Made by a program: the position numbers and the translations under genes
Assembly: GCA_001949185.1 (NCBI GenBank)
Contig: BDGG01000005.1
Location: 2,581,972-2,645,971 of the forward strand
DNA from: Ramazzottius varieornatus
Taxonomy: Eukaryota; Animalia; Tardigrada
Reading direction: 5' to 3'
Length of the DNA: 64,000 nt
Part shown: positions 60,311 to 64,000 of the stretch, piece after piece
Layout of the letters: each line of letters begins with the position of its first letter
How positions within the stretch are numbered: the first letter of the stretch is position 1
Notes under the pieces: model-generated
Databases searched by the model: none
What the model was told of the DNA's origin: nothing
The model's input: only the letters and a program-made list of their open reading frames with translations

Positions 60311-61246
60311 CTAGTTGAACGCTGGAGATATAATGTTGTGAAGAATTGATTGTGAGTTGTTCTGAATTTTTTTCCAGCTGTTGAAAAGCTTGGCGCGTGA
60401 AGGAGGACCTGGAGCATGTGTTGGGAGCAGTTTGCCCTCGAACCTTGTAAAATATTTCTCATTCCGTACGTAGTGTTTAGCCAGCGGTCACCAGCTACAT
60501 GTCATAGAGATCTTGCCACCACAGGCAAACAGAAAATACCGAACCGCCAAAGATGCACAGGAAGTGATTTGCGGTCAGGTAACCGTGCACTGCGAAACCG
60601 AGTTGTTTACCCCGGTATTATGAGTGTTGAAGTCGATTCCTGAACAATTTGATCGGCGATCGTTATGCCCTAAACTGGGCTACCGTAACCTACTTAGTGT
60701 TCGGTGTCCTAGCTTTCGACGGTTGGTCGAGCCTTTTTGAGTCTTTGCAACATCGATCTGTAACTCTGTTCCATACCTTTGATGCGATTTTGCTTGATGG
60801 TTGTGCAAGTGTAGTAGACTGAAGCCATCGTACCAGGAAGAACTGGACTGGATAAGTGCATTTTGAAAGTTAGTACTCATAAAAGCTTTCGAAGTCCCCC
60901 GATGGGCGCATGACGGCGTGTCCGTTATCATTGACGACGTTGCGCTTACAGCGTATTTGTTACGAGATCGTCCATAACAGAAAAAATGCTTATAAGTTAT
61001 CTCCTTAACGAGCCTTTTAGTATTCAGAACCAGTATTCCGCCTCGAATGCGTATGGGCTGACAAAAAAGTCCAGGTCGGCATCGGAGTGAGATGTATTGA
61101 TAGCTTTCCTGCGTTTCTCCGTTTTCGAGCATCTTCAAACACTTTCACTGTCAGAGCATCCTATTGTACACTACTTCCACACTCTACTCTTGTTCAATTT
61201 GAAAACTGTCGTCTTCGCTGACGCATCGTCCACACGAAAAACAACA

Positions 61247-62816
61247 ATGTCCAGAAACCATGTGCTGTTTGTCGGGTTTGCACTTCCCGGAAGCCTGGCG
61301 CCCTTCTGGGAACTCGCAAAGAAGATCAGCAAGCACCATGACGTTACCTTTGCTGTTTCAGCAGCATGCGTCGAAGAGCTCAGAGGCCGCGGTCTCCCTT
61401 CCGATCATGATGACGGCAAGAGCTCAAACCCTCGTCTCGCACTGTACGGGCTGGAGGACAAGTGGGATCCCTCAGACATGCCAGGCCAGCTGGCCATGTC
61501 TCCCAACCGAACAGCCTCCGGTGACTCTGTGACAGCTCCATCAATGCAGATGACGAAAAGGATGGAGGCTGTGCGGGAAGCCGTCGAGAAACTAATGAGA
61601 GGAATTTCCACTAAGACATTACCGGCTATTGGCGAGCCCAGTCTGAAACGAGCTGTTGATGTAGCGATAGTGGACTTTTTTATGCTGCGCGGATCAATCT
61701 CGATATGCGAAGAACAGGGAATTCCCTTCTACATCTTCAGCTCTTCTAACGCTCTCGTTCCGCTACAAGCGACGTTGGTGGATGAAAACACTCCAACGCG
61801 GCCTGGGGATCAATTCGAAGCAGTCGTCAGAGGTGACTTCGACCAGATACCGAACGCAAACGGGGAGTTCGAACCGTTACTGATCAAAGGAAGGGTGGAC
61901 AATTTGCTACTTCCAATGCGTCAGGCCTTTATGGGCTCGCGCGGTGTCATCTTGAACTCTGTGCGAGAGTTCGAGAAGGAGCATGTGGAATGGATGGAAC
62001 GCTCACCGATCTTCAAAGAACGCCCACTGTTCTGCGTTGCTCCATTGATGCCGCACGAAGGGGAAAAGAAAGATGATAGCAAATTAAAGGTAAAGTTCAT
62101 GCTAGTCCAAAAACGGAATGGCGTTTATTCATGTGCCCGAAGTTTAGTTGCTCAATAAACTGATTGACCAAGCGCTACTTGATAAACAACCGTACAACAG
62201 TGTGGGATGTATGATTTTTTAGATCCAAGGTTGGCTCGACCGTAAAAAGCGCGGATCGGTGGTCTACGTCGCCTTCGGTAGTTTGGTCACACTGCGACCG
62301 GAACAGCTGACGGAACTTGGCAAAGCTATCGAAAACCTGGGACGACCTTACATCTGGTCTCTTTTGCCCAATCAATACCCGCATTTACCCAAATCGGTGC
62401 AAGAGAGCGTTGACAACTGGGACGGTGACGGTCTGGTCTTGTCATGGGTGCCTCAGAAGCTGATTTTGGCGCATGACAGTGTGGGAGTTTTTGTCAGCCA
62501 TTCCGGCCTCAACAGTACGGTTGAATCGTTAGCCGCAGGGAAACCAATGGTCTGTTGTCCCGTCAGCTATGACCATCTGGTTACGGCACAAAGTGCAGTG
62601 CAGCATGGAGTGGGTGTATTGATCGGACCCCAGGGTTTCAAAAAAGATGCCGCGTTGATTCCTGCCAAAGACATTGAGGGGACTGTTAGGAAAGTTCAGG
62701 AAGAATGTAGGCAGAAAGCCAGCGAGTGGCGAAAGAAGCTCACCCATGCTTGGGATGTCAGCGGCACAACTGCGAAAGAGTTCAATGAACTGGCTACTTC
62801 TATTTCAAATATTTAA
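61247..62816 (+). CDS. Soluble GT1-family UDP-glycosyltransferase, plant-like architecture, 2 exons
   Basis: Exons 61247-62089 and 62223-62816 (phase-0 intron). Motifs: HDVTFA, AIVDFF, GVILNSVREFE, WLDRKKRGSVVYVAFGS, and a PSPG-like box WVPQKLILAHDSVGVFVSHSGLNSTVESLAAGKPMVCCPVSYDH. No signal peptide or C-terminal TM anchor. Confidence 0.93.
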
Positions 62817-62959
62817 CAAATGCAGGAAAATGATAAGTTTCTGCTTATCCGTTGTTTCTCTAAATGACTATCCGTGACATCCTTGACAGAAAAAACGTGG
62901 ATCCAGATAGGTGTATGCTTGGTTGGTTACAGTACCGCAAAATCGCTGGGGTCATAAAT

Positions 62960-63960
62960 GAAAGGTCAACAGCAGGAGTTTGTACAGGCAGCCGCCACTG
63001 ATTGGCGTTGTTGTCAGACGATATTTTGAGCAGGTACCGTTCGGCAGCATCGTTGGGACTTTGATCGACCATGAGGAAGCCTGGCTTTCATTAGTACTGT
63101 AGCTTATGAGATCTGTAAGGTCGCCCAGATGGAGTCGGCCTTCTGGCTGGCTCCAAAAACGGATGGTCCATAGTCGTCTCCCGGCCTATAATTATGTCAG
63201 GAACGTGTGCTGCATGTGCTGGTTCTTCACTCTGATGTTTTTCATGAAATGAGAGTAAGATGTTTGGGTGATCTGTTCATGAGCTTTCGCACATATCTAG
63301 ATAACATTTTTCTCGTGAAAGGAATGCGGGTTGATGAACATCTAGGAACGAAAGCATCTGTCTGAACTTCGGGGTATCGTAAAAACTAGAACGGAGACTA
63401 GTCCAGTTGACTGCGGCGTGCAAAGCGTCGAACCTTTCGGTGATGTTTAGAAGACACTTGTTCGAGTAAATCTTTCTTCTTCTCGACAAAATCGAGATCT
63501 ACCGCAGAAAAGCATTGATGGAAAAACCCAAGCGGCCTTTTGATTAACGAGCTAGCGCGTACCTGATATGCTCACTCGATTGGTTTGCCCCGGAGATAGC
63601 CAGAAAGTTTCGACTTCTCCTTTGCCTTAAAGTCCGCGGAAAAACAGTTTCTAGTTGTTTACCAGCTTAAGGTTTTCTTGGTCGCGTTTCTAGTTTACCC
63701 ACTTTGATGGGAATGAGACCTCTCGATTCCAGTTTGAACCCTTCTCGTCCATCCAGCAGCTGATAAGCTGCTGTCGAGATTTGTATTCGGGACGCTGCAG
63801 TGGAATGCACAGTTCCTGAACAAATGTTAACGTGAAACCATGTGAACCAAAGTGTATGTACCTTCGCCAGATGTTTCCATCTTGCTGGCAGTGTTCACCG
63901 TATCGCCGAATCTGCAACAGGAACCAACATGCTTTTCGCTGGAGTGGCACAGAATGTCCT
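62960..63960 (-). mobile_element. Probable decayed hAT transposase
   Basis: Fragments YDTPKFRQMLSFLDVHQPAFLSRE (hAT 'F+.ML..L.....PSR'-like) and KISSDNNAN ('TDNAAN'-like catalytic motif) occur in the expected order, with many stops. Confidence 0.45.
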
Positions 63961-64000
63961 ACCGGACAGAGCGGTTACATTGTGTAATGCGGGAGTTTCG

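Noticed and set aside
1-64000. tRNA, rRNA or other structured ncRNA genes
   Set aside because: None recognisable by eye; tRNAscan-SE and Infernal would be needed to exclude them.

Overview
This is eukaryotic (animal) genomic DNA with short GT-AG introns, mostly 60-350 nt. The gene content and compactness fit a small-genome invertebrate; a tardigrade is plausible but is inference only. Six spliced protein-coding genes are supported: (1) a GluN3/NMDA-type ionotropic glutamate receptor subunit (+, 8616-13868); (2) an unnamed coiled-coil protein (-, about 22918-24809), head-to-head with (3) LRRC6/DNAAF11/tilB (+, 25676-28213); (4) a Short stop/MACF1-type spectraplakin (+, 29299-54988) with three candidate first exons; (5) a secreted CUB-LDLa-trypsin protease (+, 57036-58939); (6) a soluble, plant-like UDP-glycosyltransferase (+, 61247-62816). 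Intergenic DNA holds decayed CRE-like non-LTR, piggyBac and hAT relics and several MITE-like families. The most striking unexplained structure is a palindromic unit, AAGTGGCGCAC-N(23-25)-GTGCGCCACTT. I count 20 copies at 14 loci, all intronic, and 13 of the loci are in the spectraplakin gene. That spectraplakin also appears to lack the SH3-containing core of the plakin domain. The receptor, the protease and the UGT each carry substitutions at canonical functional residues. All exon boundaries were assigned by eye from splice signals and reading-frame continuity.
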